The position numbers and the translations under genes were made by a program. Positions 17,734-27,585 of a stretch of DNA of 64,000 nt are shown here, piece after piece. Each line of letters starts with the position of its first letter. Within the stretch, counting starts at the first letter, position 1. Below the pieces are notes generated by a model, which worked only from the letters and a program-made list of their open reading frames with translations, was not told the origin of the DNA and made no database searches. Source of the DNA: Pseudomonadota bacterium (GTDB lineage Bacteria > Pseudomonadota > Alphaproteobacteria > Rhodobacterales > Rhodobacteraceae); the NCBI GenBank assembly GCA_040385245.1, contig JAZKHT010000004.1, forward strand, positions 173,233 to 237,232, given 5' to 3'.

Positions 17734-18832
17734 TCAGTTGAATCGATTCCGTGACGGCCCAGCGGTGCGGCGCAAGGCGCGTAGCACAGCCCCCTGCACC
17801 ATGCCGCCCATGGCTACGCCCACCGACAAAAGCAATCCGGCAAGGCCGGCCAGCAGTTGCCACGCGGTTTCGGACAGCCGTAGCGTGGCGCGCATCAGGC
17901 GGGCCTTGCCCAGCACCTCGGCCCGGCCCACCAGTCTGGGGCCAAGCGCCTGTGCCGCATCGCCAAGGCGGCGCGCATCGGTCGCGTTGTCCACCAGTGG
18001 CAGCAGATGCAATGCCGCCGAGGTGCCAGACGCATCGCGCAGCCGCGCCAAATCCGTCACAACGTCCATGACCAGGTCAAAGGAGCGAGGCTTTATGACC
18101 CGCGCCAGATCGTCGACACTGCGCACACGGGGCAGGGCGGCAAGATCAACGCCACTCCGCAGCGCGTCCGTCACGATGCTGGACAGCCCCGACGACAATC
18201 GCCGCGTCTTGTGCGCCACCCTTGCCAGTCCTGCGCCCGCCTTGACCAACACAGACGACCCGCCGGTCGCAATCACCAAGGCCGTTGCGGCCAGCCCTAC
18301 AATCGACAGCGCAAGGTCGATCTGGTCCACCTCTGCCCCGGTCGCAAGGTCCATTCCGGCGCGCGTGATCCCGGCGATATCGCCCAGCGGTGTCATCACA
18401 ATCGGCGCGTAGCAGACCATCACCAAAGACAGGGCGCAGCCTTCGGGGTCATAGGCGCAGGCCGCGCAATTGACCGCAATTGACCGCATAGGTCACGGCG
18501 CTGGAGTCCGCCTCGCGCGTGGCATTCACCTGCGCCAACAGATCGGCGGGCAACGTCACGTTGCGCTCGGCCACCACCTCCATCAGCGCGTCCAGCGCCA
18601 CCCAGTTGCGCGGGTCTTCGGCCAACCGCGCGGCGATCAGCGCGGCCAATCGGTCTGGCGTGGCGGCGTCGGTCATCATCCGGTCGGTGGCCGCCGCAAT
18701 CTCGGCCGCTGCCGCGGCGCGCAGGGGCGACAGCGCCGGGTCGGCTGCGATCCGTGTGCTGTTGACAGCCGTCAACCCAAGCGACCCCGCCAGCGCCAGC
18801 GTCAGACCGCCCCGCGCCAGCGCCCGGATCAT
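17734..18832 (-). pseudogene. signal-peptide/TM protein of unknown function, split into two ORFs by a 10-bp tandem duplication
   Basis: ORFs 18449..18832 (ends ...TYAVNCGQLRGLRL*) and 17734..18489 (MRSIAVNCAACAYDPEGC...) share the duplicated AVNC codons. Removing one 10-bp unit restores a single frame of about 362 codons. Start overlaps the trpS stop. Confidence 0.75.
18465..18488. repeat. tandem duplication, unit CAATTGACCG x2 (period 10 over 24 bp)
   Basis: Plus strand reads cgCAATTGACCGCAATTGACCGca. Read directly. Confidence 0.95.
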
Positions 18833-19878
18833 CAGACCTGCCGTGACCGGATCATGCCGACGATGTCATAGACCTGATCCAGAATCGGTCGGGCAATCGC
18901 CTCGGCCCGGTCGGCCCCTGCGCCAAGAATGCGGTCAATCTCGGCCGGGTCTTTCATCAGGCGGGTCATCTCGGTCGTGATCGGTTCCAGCTTGGCCACG
19001 GCCAGATCGGCCAGCGCGGGCTTGAACGTACCGAACTGCGCGCCGGCGAAATCGGTCACCACCTGCGCGGGCGTGTGCCCGGCAAGGGCGGCATAGATGT
19101 TGATCAGATTGCGCGCCTCGGGGCGGTCTTTCAGGCCGTCCAAGCTGTCGGGCAAAGCATCTGCATCGGATTTCGCCTTGCGGATCTTTTTGGCGATGGT
19201 GTCGGCATCATCGGTCAGGTTGATGCGGCTTTGGTCGGACGGATCGGATTTCGACATCTTCCTGGTGCCGTCGCGCAGGGACATGACGCGAGTCGCTGCC
19301 CCTTCGATGACGGGTTCGACGACAGGGAAGAAATCCACCTTGTAGTCGTTGTTGAACTTGATCGCGATGTCGCGGCAAAGTTCCAGATGCTGCTTCTGAT
19401 CTTCGCCCACCGGAACATGGGTGGCCTTGTAGGCCAGAATGTCGGCGGCCATCAGCGCAGGATAGGCAAACAGTCCAAGGCTTACGTTTTCGCTGTTCTT
19501 GCCTGCCTTGTCCTTGAACTGGGTCATCCTGCTCATCCAGCCCATGCGGGCGACGCAGTTGAAGATCCAGCCCAGTTCGGCATGGGCCGTTACCTGACTT
19601 TGGTTGAACAGGATCGACCGGGTGGGGTCGATGCCTGCGGCGATAAAGCCTGCCGCCGCCTCGCGCGTCTGGTGACGCAGGGCGAAGGGGTCTTGCCAGA
19701 CGGTGATCGCGTGCATGTCGACAAGGCAGTAGATCGTCTCGATCCCCTCATCCTGTTTTTCGACAAACCGCTTCAGCGCGCCAAGATAGTTGCCCAAGGT
19801 CAACCCGCCCGAAGGCTGGATGCCGGAAAAGATGCGCGCAGGGAATGCAGCCGCAGGCGTTTGGACCGGCTCGGCCAT
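18832..19878 (-). CDS. trpS: tryptophan--tRNA ligase
   Basis: 348 aa. ...[20 protein letters not shown]... and KMSKS motif (RKMSKSDPS). Confidence 0.95.
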   Translation of the reverse strand: MAEPVQTPAAAFPARIFSGIQPSGGLTLGNYLGALKRFVEKQDEGIETIYCLVDMHAITVWQDPFALRHQTREAAAGFIAAGIDPTRSILFNQSQVTAHAELGWIFNCVARMGWMSRMTQFKDKAGKNSENVSLGLFAYPALMAADILAYKATHVPVGEDQKQHLELCRDIAIKFNNDYKVDFFPVVEPVIEGAATRVMSLRDGTRKMSKSDPSDQSRINLTDDADTIAKKIRKAKSDADALPDSLDGLKDRPEARNLINIYAALAGHTPAQVVTDFAGAQFGTFKPALADLAVAKLEPITTEMTRLMKDPAEIDRILGAGADRAEAIARPILDQVYDIVGMIRSRQV

Positions 19879-19967
19879 GATGTGCTCCGTCTGGAATAAG
19901 TTGCGCTTTCCGCTTATCGCTGGGGCAAGGGTGCGTCAATCGACGCCCGCAACGCAAAGGCCAGACG

Positions 19968-20651
19968 ATGCAAGACCGGAACGCACCGCCACTGAACCCG
20001 CTGCCCTGGATCGTCTGGGCGTTGGCCCTGCCGATGATCGCGATGGAAATCGTGTTGAGCCTTGGTTCGGCGGGCATTGTGGGCGGTCCGCGCGCGGTGG
20101 GTTGGCGGATCGATGCGGTGCAGAAGTTCGCCTTTGTCCCAGATATCCTGCGCCAGATGTGGGCCACATCCACCTGGCCCTGGCAGGGGGTGGTGCGGCT
20201 GATCAGCTATCCGCTGATCCACGGCAGCCCCACGCATGCGCTGTTCGCGGTCGTGATCCTGCTGGCGCTTGGCAAGATGGTGGGAGAGGTGTTCCGGTGG
20301 TGGGGGGTGGCTGCGGTGTTCTTTGCCGCTTCGGCCGTCGGGGCTGCGGTCTATACGCTGGTGCCGGATCTGAGAACGCCGCTGATCGGGGCCTATCCTG
20401 CGGTTTACGGATTGATCGGGGCCTTCACCTTTTTGCTGTGGGTCAATCTGGCGGCGAAGGGGGCCAACAAATACCGCGCCTTCACGATGATCGGGTTCCT
20501 GCTGGGGGTGCAGCTTTTGTTCGGGGTTCTGTTCGGCGGCAGTTGGGAATGGGTGGCCGATCTGTCAGGGTTCGCGACCGGGTTCGCGCTGTCCTTTGTT
20601 GTCAGTCCGGGCGGGTGGGCGCGGGTGCGGGAAAAGGTGCGGCACCGGTAG
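19968..20651 (+). CDS. rhomboid-family membrane protein, apparently lacking the catalytic dyad
   Basis: 227 aa, about 6 TM. Rhomboid-like blocks LIHGSPTHALFAVVILLALG, LIGAYPAVYGLIGAF, WVADLSGFATGFAL align to TM2/TM4/TM6 motifs, with Ser to Tyr and His to Asp. Confidence 0.7.
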   Translation: MQDRNAPPLNPLPWIVWALALPMIAMEIVLSLGSAGIVGGPRAVGWRIDAVQKFAFVPDILRQMWATSTWPWQGVVRLISYPLIHGSPTHALFAVVILLALGKMVGEVFRWWGVAAVFFAASAVGAAVYTLVPDLRTPLIGAYPAVYGLIGAFTFLLWVNLAAKGANKYRAFTMIGFLLGVQLLFGVLFGGSWEWVADLSGFATGFALSFVVSPGGWARVREKVRHR

Positions 20652-20661
20652 GGCTCTCGCG

Positions 20662-22215
20662 CTAACCGTTGCGCGACCCGCGGCCAAAAGCGGCCCTGAA
20701 ATCCGACAGACGGAACGCACGGAACAACAGCCCCGCGCCGCCATAGGACAGGATGCCAAGGGTCACCAGCAGCGCAAGGCCAAGATACCGCCAGCCGTGG
20801 GTACCCAGCATCGGCCCCAACATGACCGATCCCAGCCACAGCACAACGCCCATCGTCCCCGACGCGGCCAGCATCCGGGGCATGCGGCTGCGGAACCGGT
20901 CGTCAAACCGGGCCTCGTCCCCCATGCCGCGCGCGCCCAGCCATAACTGCCAGACCATGACCCAGCCCGACAGCGTCGTGGCAAGGGCCGCGGCGGCAAA
21001 GCCGATCACCGGCAGCAGGCCGATGGCAATGGCGGCGTTCACCAGCATCGACACCACGGCGTATTGAAATGGGCGCTTGGTGTCTTCGCGCGCATAATAA
21101 AGCGGCTGAAAGACCTTGTGCAGCACAAAGGCAGGCAGCCCCGCGCCATAGATCGCCAGGGCCAGTGCGGTCGCCGCCGCATCATCCGGCCCAAAGGCCC
21201 CGCGCTGATACAGAACGGTTGTCAGCGGCAACGCGATCACCATCAGTGCGACAGCGGCAGGCACCGTCAGCAGCAGCGCAAATTCCGTGCCCCGGTTGAA
21301 TGATGCCCGCCCGCCATCGGCATCGCCTGCGCGCAGGCGGCGCGACAGGTCGGGCAGCAGCACAGTGCCGATGGCGATTCCAACCACGCCCAAGGGCAGT
21401 TGATACAGACGGTCGGCATAGGACAACCAGGCCACCGCCCCTTCGGTAAAGCTGGCGACCTGACGGCCCACCAGCAGGTTGATCTGCACCACACCTCCCG
21501 CCAGCACGGCCGGGGCGGCAATCAGGGCCAGACGTTTCAGTTCGGGTGTGATCTTTGGCCGACCGGGGCGAAAGGAAAACCCGATGCGCGACGCGGACCA
21601 CCAAGTAAACGCAAGCTGTGCGATGCCCGTCAGCGGCACGGTCCAGGCCAGTGTCAGGCCCATGTCCCAACCCCAATGATCAGCCATCAGCATGGCGGCG
21701 ATGAACATCAGGTTCATCAGCACGGGCACGAAACTGGCCTCCGTGAACCGGCCAAAAGCGTTCAGCACGCCTGACAGCAGCGCGACCAACGAAATGAACA
21801 GGATGTAGGAAAACGAGATTCGCCCAAAGGTCACGGCCATGTCGAACCGCACGTCGCCGGCAAAGCCTGACGCCATCGCCCAGACCAGCCACGGCATGGC
21901 CAGCGTTCCAAGAATGGAAAACACCACCAGCACCCCTGCCAGCCCGTTAAAGGCATCGCGGGCAAAGCCGCGCGCGTCTTCGCCGCCTTCCAGCTTTTTG
22001 GCGAACATCGGCACAAAGGCCATGTTGAACGCGCCTTCGGCAAAAAAGCGGCGGAACATGTTGGGCAGGGAAAAGGCGATCAGGAACGCCTCGGCCACCG
22101 GGCCCGCGCCCAGATAGGCGGCCATCATCACATCGCGGGCAAAGCCCGCACCGCGTGACAGCAACGTCCAGCCGCCGACCGTCAGGATGGACCGGATCAG
22201 CCGGATCGGTTTCAT
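20662..22215 (-). CDS. murJ: lipid II flippase MurJ
   Basis: 517 aa. MKPIRLIRSILTVGGWTLLSRGAGFARDVMMAAYLGAGPVAEAFLIAFSLPNMFRRFFAEGAF. ATGA overlap with glnD. Confidence 0.95.
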   Translation of the reverse strand: MKPIRLIRSILTVGGWTLLSRGAGFARDVMMAAYLGAGPVAEAFLIAFSLPNMFRRFFAEGAFNMAFVPMFAKKLEGGEDARGFARDAFNGLAGVLVVFSILGTLAMPWLVWAMASGFAGDVRFDMAVTFGRISFSYILFISLVALLSGVLNAFGRFTEASFVPVLMNLMFIAAMLMADHWGWDMGLTLAWTVPLTGIAQLAFTWWSASRIGFSFRPGRPKITPELKRLALIAAPAVLAGGVVQINLLVGRQVASFTEGAVAWLSYADRLYQLPLGVVGIAIGTVLLPDLSRRLRAGDADGGRASFNRGTEFALLLTVPAAVALMVIALPLTTVLYQRGAFGPDDAAATALALAIYGAGLPAFVLHKVFQPLYYAREDTKRPFQYAVVSMLVNAAIAIGLLPVIGFAAAALATTLSGWVMVWQLWLGARGMGDEARFDDRFRSRMPRMLAASGTMGVVLWLGSVMLGPMLGTHGWRYLGLALLVTLGILSYGGAGLLFRAFRLSDFRAAFGRGSRNG

Positions 22216-25004
22216 CTTTGCGCCCGTTCCGCGCCTTCGACGACAGCCTGTCGCAGTTTGCGCTCTAACGCCTCTTGCTTGGATTTCGCGTGCAGTTTCA
22301 GGCCGAACATGTCCTTGACATAGAAGGTATCGACCACCTGCGCGCCAAAGGTCGCGATCACGGCGCTGGCGATGTAGATGTTGTTGGCGGCCAGCGTGCG
22401 GGTCAGATCATACAGCAATCCGGGGCGGTCGCGGGTGTCCACCTCGATGATCGTGTAGATTTCCGATCCTTCGTTGTCGAAAATGATGTGGGTCGGAAAG
22501 CGGAACTCGCGTTCGCGTTTCTTGACCTTGTCGCGGTCCTTCAACGCCTCGCGCGCCTTGACCTCGCCGCGCAAGGTCTTGCCGATCATCTGGCTCAGGC
22601 GGGGCAGGCGGGCCACTTCGTAGGGTTTGCCGTCGGCGTCCTGCACCCAGAACACCGCCGTCGCATAGCCGTCCTTTGATGTATAGGTGCGCGCATCCAC
22701 GACGTTGGCCCCCACCAAAGCCAGCGCCCCGGCCAGACGGCTGAAGATGCCCGGATGATCGGCCAGTGCGAAACAGGCGCGGGTGGCATCGCGGTCGGCG
22801 TCGGGATGCAGGTCGATGCGGATTTCGTTGTCGGGCAGGCCCTGCAACAGGCGGGCAAAGACCATGTGGGTGTCGGTGGACAAGCCCTGCCAATAGGGCG
22901 CGTAATGGCGGCCGGTTTCGTGGGCCAGCGCATCCTCGGTCCAGTCGGGCAGCCGGTCGCGCAGGGCGCGCTTTGCCTCGTCCTCGCGGTTTTCGCGGTT
23001 CAGGGTTTCAAGCCCGGCATCCAGCGCCTGCGACGTGTCGCGGTACAACTGGCGCAGCAGCATGGCCTTCCAGTTATTCCAGGTGCCGGGGCCGACACCG
23101 CGGATATCGCAGACGGTCAGCACGGTCAAAAGGTCCAGCCTGCGGCGGGTTTTCACAGCCTTTGCAAAGTCGCGGACCGTGCGCGGATCGCCGATGTCGC
23201 GCTTTTGCGCCATATCGGACATCAGCAGATGATAGCGCACCAGCCATTCGACGGTTTCCGATTCCTCGGGCGTCAGACCAAGGCGGGGGCAGACGCGGCG
23301 GGCGATCTGCGCGCCGATGATGGAATGATCCTCGGGGCGGCCCTTGCCGATGTCGTGCAGCAGCAGGGCGACATAGATCACCGTGCGGTTCACGCCCTCT
23401 TTCAGGATGCGGCTGACGATGGGCAGCTCTTCGACCAGTTCTTCACGTTCGATCTGGGCCAGGATGCTGATGGTCTGGATGATGTGTTCGTCCACCGTGT
23501 AATGGTGATAGACGTTGAACTGCATCATCGCGACGATGGGTTCGAATTCAGGGATAAACGCCCCCAGCACACCCAGTTCGTTCATCCGGCGCAGGGCGCG
23601 TTCGGGGTTGCCGTGCTTGAGCATCAGGTTCAGGAAAATCTGCCCCGCCTCGGGATTGTCGCGCACGCTGTCATCGATCAGGTCGATATGTGCGGCCAGT
23701 AGGCGCATGACGTTGGGATGCAACAGATAACCCGTGCGCAGCGCCTCTTCAAACACGCGCAGCAGGTTCAGCTTGTCCTTCAGAAAGGCGGCAGGGTCGG
23801 TCACATCCAGCCGTCCCTGCACCAGCGTATAGCCGGGCGGAGCCTTTTTCGTGCGGCGGAACATGTCGCGCAGGCTGGCCTCGGGCTTGGCGTGGCGCGC
23901 TTCAAGCTGGGTCAGGAACACGCGGGTCAGTTCGCCGACGCGGGTGGCGTGGCGAAAGTAATCCTGCATGAAATGTTCGACCGCGCGGCGACCGCCACTG
24001 TCGCGATAGCCCATGCGGGCGGCCACTTCGACCTGCTGGTCAAAGGTCAGCTGATCCATCGCTCGGCCCGTGACATAGTGCAGATGGCATCGCACAGCCC
24101 AGAGGAATTCTTCGGCGCGGGCAAACACGTCGAATTCGTCGCGGGTCAAAAGCCCCGCCTGCACCAACCCTTCGGAGCTGCTGACGCGGTGCAGATATTT
24201 CCCGATCCAATACAGGGTTTGCAGATCGCGAAGGCCGCCCTTGCCCTCTTTCACGTTGGGTTCCAGCACATAGCGCTGGCCGCCCTGACGGCGGTGCCGT
24301 TCTGCGCGTTCGGCCAGCTTTGCCTCGATGAACTCCGGCCCGGTGGTGCGGAAAAGATCGCCCCACAGCCGGTCGCCCAGTTCGGTGGCAAGGGGTTCAT
24401 GGCCCGCGATGAAACGGTGTTCCAGCAGGGCGGTGCGGATAGTGATGTCATCCTTGCCCAAGCGCAGGCAATCCTTGACCGTGCGGCTGGCGTGACCGAC
24501 CTTCAGCTTCAGATCCCAAAGCATATACAGCATGGATTCGACCACGCTTTCGGCCCAGGGCGTGACCTTCCACGGGGTCAGGAACAGCAGGTCCACATCC
24601 GAATGGGGTGCCATTTCGGCCCGGCCATAACCGCCCACGGCCAGAACGGCGATGCGCTCCGCCTCGGTCGGGTTGGACAGGCGGTGCAGGTGTTCAGTCG
24701 CCACACGAAAGGCAGTGATCACCAGCCCGTCGGTCAGCCAGGCCTGCGCGCGCACCATCGCGCGGGCGGCGTGGGGGCGGGCGGCAAAGGCCGCTTCAAG
24801 CGCTGCGTTGCCCTTGGCCTTGGCGTCAATCAGGTGACGCACAGCCAGCGCGCGGGCAGCGCGGTGGTCGGGCGCATCCGCCAGTTCGGCGGCGATGGCC
24901 GCATAGAGCGCACCCATGTCAACGATAGCGGCCCCGGGAAGGATCATATCCTGTACCGGGGCCGGGGATGAGGTCGGGGGGGCGGCCGCGTGGGCCTTTG
25001 ACAT
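22212..25004 (-). CDS. glnD: [protein-PII] uridylyltransferase/uridylyl-removing enzyme
   Basis: NT domain, HD domain (...LLHDIGKGRPEDHS...) and two C-terminal ACT-like regions. ATG 25004 preferred over the ORF-track TTG 25040. Confidence 0.9.
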   Translation of the reverse strand: MSKAHAAAPPTSSPAPVQDMILPGAAIVDMGALYAAIAAELADAPDHRAARALAVRHLIDAKAKGNAALEAAFAARPHAARAMVRAQAWLTDGLVITAFRVATEHLHRLSNPTEAERIAVLAVGGYGRAEMAPHSDVDLLFLTPWKVTPWAESVVESMLYMLWDLKLKVGHASRTVKDCLRLGKDDITIRTALLEHRFIAGHEPLATELGDRLWGDLFRTTGPEFIEAKLAERAERHRRQGGQRYVLEPNVKEGKGGLRDLQTLYWIGKYLHRVSSSEGLVQAGLLTRDEFDVFARAEEFLWAVRCHLHYVTGRAMDQLTFDQQVEVAARMGYRDSGGRRAVEHFMQDYFRHATRVGELTRVFLTQLEARHAKPEASLRDMFRRTKKAPPGYTLVQGRLDVTDPAAFLKDKLNLLRVFEEALRTGYLLHPNVMRLLAAHIDLIDDSVRDNPEAGQIFLNLMLKHGNPERALRRMNELGVLGAFIPEFEPIVAMMQFNVYHHYTVDEHIIQTISILAQIEREELVEELPIVSRILKEGVNRTVIYVALLLHDIGKGRPEDHSIIGAQIARRVCPRLGLTPEESETVEWLVRYHLLMSDMAQKRDIGDPRTVRDFAKAVKTRRRLDLLTVLTVCDIRGVGPGTWNNWKAMLLRQLYRDTSQALDAGLETLNRENREDEAKRALRDRLPDWTEDALAHETGRHYAPYWQGLSTDTHMVFARLLQGLPDNEIRIDLHPDADRDATRACFALADHPGIFSRLAGALALVGANVVDARTYTSKDGYATAVFWVQDADGKPYEVARLPRLSQMIGKTLRGEVKAREALKDRDKVKKREREFRFPTHIIFDNEGSEIYTIIEVDTRDRPGLLYDLTRTLAANNIYIASAVIATFGAQVVDTFYVKDMFGLKLHAKSKQEALERKLRQAVVEGAERAQR

Positions 25005-25020
25005 GGTCGAAGATGCCCGG

Positions 25021-26193
25021 TCAGAAGCCCGCGCCGCCAAAGCTGCGCGGGGCAGGATCTACGACAACCAGCTGGTTGTTGCGGATTTGCGCCACGGCAA
25101 GCCCGCGGTCGTTGGTGCCGTCGCCGCGAAGACGGAAGATGCCGTTCACGCCGACAAAGCCAGCACCCTGCGTCAGGGCCGCAGTGGACAGGCCAGTGTC
25201 CCCGCCCCGCTTCAACAGCGCGCCTATGGCGGCAATGCCGTCATAGGCAAGGCCCGAAATCGGATGGGGTGCCTCGCCAAAGGCGGTCTGGTAGCGGTTT
25301 TGGTATTGGGCATAGAGGCCGGGATCGGGCAGCGCGAACCATCCGCCCTGCACGCCCGGAAGTGCCAGCGTCGCAGCCGGAATGTCCCAACGGGTCAGAC
25401 CGATGTATTGCGTTGTGGCAGGATTGACGCCGTTTTCGGACAAAAGCTGCGACAGCAAGGGAAGGGCCCCGGCGGTGTCTGCGGTCAGGAACACCGACTG
25501 CGCCCCACTGGATTTGGCCTGTGACGCGATCCCCGGAACCGCCTGCACGATCCCGTTTTGCGAGAATTCATAGCTGCCGACGGCCACCACAGACCCACCA
25601 GATTGCGCGACGCCCCGTTCGATTGCGGCGCGCCCCAGATTGCCAGCGGTGTTGCGGTCATGGACCACCATTACCCGGCCCTTGCCATTCTTGACGGCAA
25701 AGGCGCCCAAGCGGCGCGCCGTGTTGTCAAAGGTCGGCCCAAGGATAAAGACGTTGCCGCCCGCAATGGCCGGGTTGTTGGAAAAGCTGAGGACGCTGAC
25801 CCCGCTCGAGGCGACGGCGACGCCCGCTGCGTTCGCCTCTTCGGCGAAGACCGGGCCAAGGATGATCTGCGCACCTTCCTGCACGGCCTTCAGCGCCATG
25901 GCCTGCGCCTGGCCGGGCTGACCTGCGGTGGAATAGACGCGCAGGTCGATGCGGTCGGTGCCAAGGTCGGAAATCGCCAGCCGGGCCGCGTTCTGCAAGC
26001 TGCGGGCAAGAAGTTCATCCCCTGCCTGACCCGATCCCGCAGGCACCAGCAAGGCGACAGCGACCGTATCGCCCGAACCGGGAACGGGACCCGTGGCCGT
26101 TCCGACCGGCTGACAGGCGGCAAGCGCCACGGCGGACAGAAGGGCGGCAATCTGGACCAGCGACTTGCGGGCCCGGCGCAAAACGGACAACAT
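25021..26193 (-). CDS. LpoA/LppC-like periplasmic lipoprotein (type-1 periplasmic-binding fold), putative penicillin-binding protein activator
   Basis: Start MLSVLRRARKSLVQIAALLSAVALAACQP (lipobox LAAC; GAGG SD before ATG 26193). Divergent from rsmI-yraN, as in the enterobacterial rsmI/lpoA/yraN locus. Confidence 0.7.
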   Translation of the reverse strand: MLSVLRRARKSLVQIAALLSAVALAACQPVGTATGPVPGSGDTVAVALLVPAGSGQAGDELLARSLQNAARLAISDLGTDRIDLRVYSTAGQPGQAQAMALKAVQEGAQIILGPVFAEEANAAGVAVASSGVSVLSFSNNPAIAGGNVFILGPTFDNTARRLGAFAVKNGKGRVMVVHDRNTAGNLGRAAIERGVAQSGGSVVAVGSYEFSQNGIVQAVPGIASQAKSSGAQSVFLTADTAGALPLLSQLLSENGVNPATTQYIGLTRWDIPAATLALPGVQGGWFALPDPGLYAQYQNRYQTAFGEAPHPISGLAYDGIAAIGALLKRGGDTGLSTAALTQGAGFVGVNGIFRLRGDGTNDRGLAVAQIRNNQLVVVDPAPRSFGGAGF

Positions 26194-26302
26194 GGACATC
26201 CTCACTTTTAAGGTGCGGCGGAGTGGCGGCACGGCATAGACAAGTGCTTTGCAGCGTAAGGTGTTCCTCCGTGGAAGTAAACTTGTCAGGGGAGCATCGG
26301 CC

Positions 26303-27175
26303 ATGACCATCGGCAGCCCGTCTTCGGACCGCCGCCCCATCGTGCCGGGGCTGCATCTGGTTGCAACCCCGATTGGGGCCGCGCGTGATATCACCTTGCG
26401 CGCGCTGGATATTCTGGGCGGTGCCGATGTTTTGGCCGCCGAAGACACCCGCACCCTGCGGCATCTGATGGAGATCCACGGCATCCCTGTCGGCGACCGT
26501 CCGCTTGTGCCCTGCCACGACCATAACGAAGCGGCGGCAACACCGCGCCTGCTGCGCGCCCTGCACGAAGGCAAGTCGGTGGCCTACGCATCCGAGGCGG
26601 GAACGCCACTGGTGTCGGACCCCGGGTTTCAACTGGCCCGGGCCGCAATTGCCGAAGGATTGCCCGTGCTGGCCGCCCCCGGACCATCGGCGGTGCTGTG
26701 CGCGCTGACGGTGTCGGGCCTGCCCAGCGACCGGTTCCTGTTTGCAGGATTTCCGCCCGCGGCAAAAGGTGCGCGACTGACGTTTCTGGCAGACCTGGCA
26801 CCGATACAGGCAACGCTGATCCTGTATGAATCGCCCAAGCGCGTTAACCGATTGTTGGAAGAATTGTCGCAATCTATGGGGGAAGGAAGATACGCTGCAG
26901 TGTGCCGAGAGTTGACGAAGCGATTCGAAAAGGTTTCGCGCGGCACGCTGGGTGAATTGGCAGACGCTTTCCGGGGGCGCGCCGTAAAGGGCGAAATCGT
27001 CGTTCTTGTCGACCGCGCCCCGGTGATCAAGGCGGATGGTCTGACGGTGGATGCGGCTTTGGACGATGCGTTGAAGACGATGTCGGTAAAGGATGCCGCG
27101 GCCTCGGTGGCCGAAGCGTTGGGTCTGCCACGGCGTGAAGTGTATCAGGTGGCGTTGCAAAGGGCTGGAAAATGA
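26303..27175 (+). CDS. rsmI: 16S rRNA (cytidine1402-2'-O)-methyltransferase
   Basis: Start MTIGSPSSDRRPIVPGLHLVATPIGAARDITLRALDIL (AGGGGAG SD). Tetrapyrrole-methylase fold motifs. Confidence 0.9.
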   Translation: MTIGSPSSDRRPIVPGLHLVATPIGAARDITLRALDILGGADVLAAEDTRTLRHLMEIHGIPVGDRPLVPCHDHNEAAATPRLLRALHEGKSVAYASEAGTPLVSDPGFQLARAAIAEGLPVLAAPGPSAVLCALTVSGLPSDRFLFAGFPPAAKGARLTFLADLAPIQATLILYESPKRVNRLLEELSQSMGEGRYAAVCRELTKRFEKVSRGTLGELADAFRGRAVKGEIVVLVDRAPVIKADGLTVDAALDDALKTMSVKDAAASVAEALGLPRREVYQVALQRAGK

Positions 27176-27525
27176 GCGGGGCACGGTCTTATCACGCCGG
27201 TTTGGCAGCGGAAGAATCGGTTGCGCAGCTATATACGCGATCGGGACGGGCTGTGTGCGCGCGACGGTGGCGCGGCACGGGTGGCGAGATTGACCTGATT
27301 GCCCGTGATGGGGCTGAGGTCATCTTTATCGAGGTCAAGCAAAGTTCTACCCATGCGCAGGCTGCGGAACATCTGACACCGCGCCAGATGGCCCGCATCT
27401 ACGCAACGGGATCGGAATTTCTGGCAGGTGAACCCCAGGGCCAACTGACCGACGTGCGCATTGACGTGGCGCTGGTCGATGGGGCTGGGCGGATTGAGAT
27501 TCTGGAAAACGCCTACGCAGCCTGA
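27172..27525 (+). CDS. YraN family (UPF0102) endonuclease-like protein
   Basis: 117 aa. ...GEIDLIARDGAEVIFIEVKQS.... ATGA overlap with rsmI. Confidence 0.85.
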   Translation: MSGARSYHAGLAAEESVAQLYTRSGRAVCARRWRGTGGEIDLIARDGAEVIFIEVKQSSTHAQAAEHLTPRQMARIYATGSEFLAGEPQGQLTDVRIDVALVDGAGRIEILENAYAA

Positions 27526-27585
27526 GCGGTTTGCATCCGGCGCGCGCATGGTTCATCAAGGGGTGTTCTGACCCGGAGACGTCAC

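Noticed and set aside
26239-26287. 7-bp inverted repeat GACAAGT...ACTTGTC in the lpoA-like/rsmI divergent region
   Set aside because: The arms are short and 35 nt apart, which is within chance expectation for this length.
25021-26574. 517-aa version of the LpoA-like ORF
   Set aside because: The first 127 codons are Arg/Ser-rich and precede an obvious lipoprotein signal peptide with its own SD. The start was moved to 26193.
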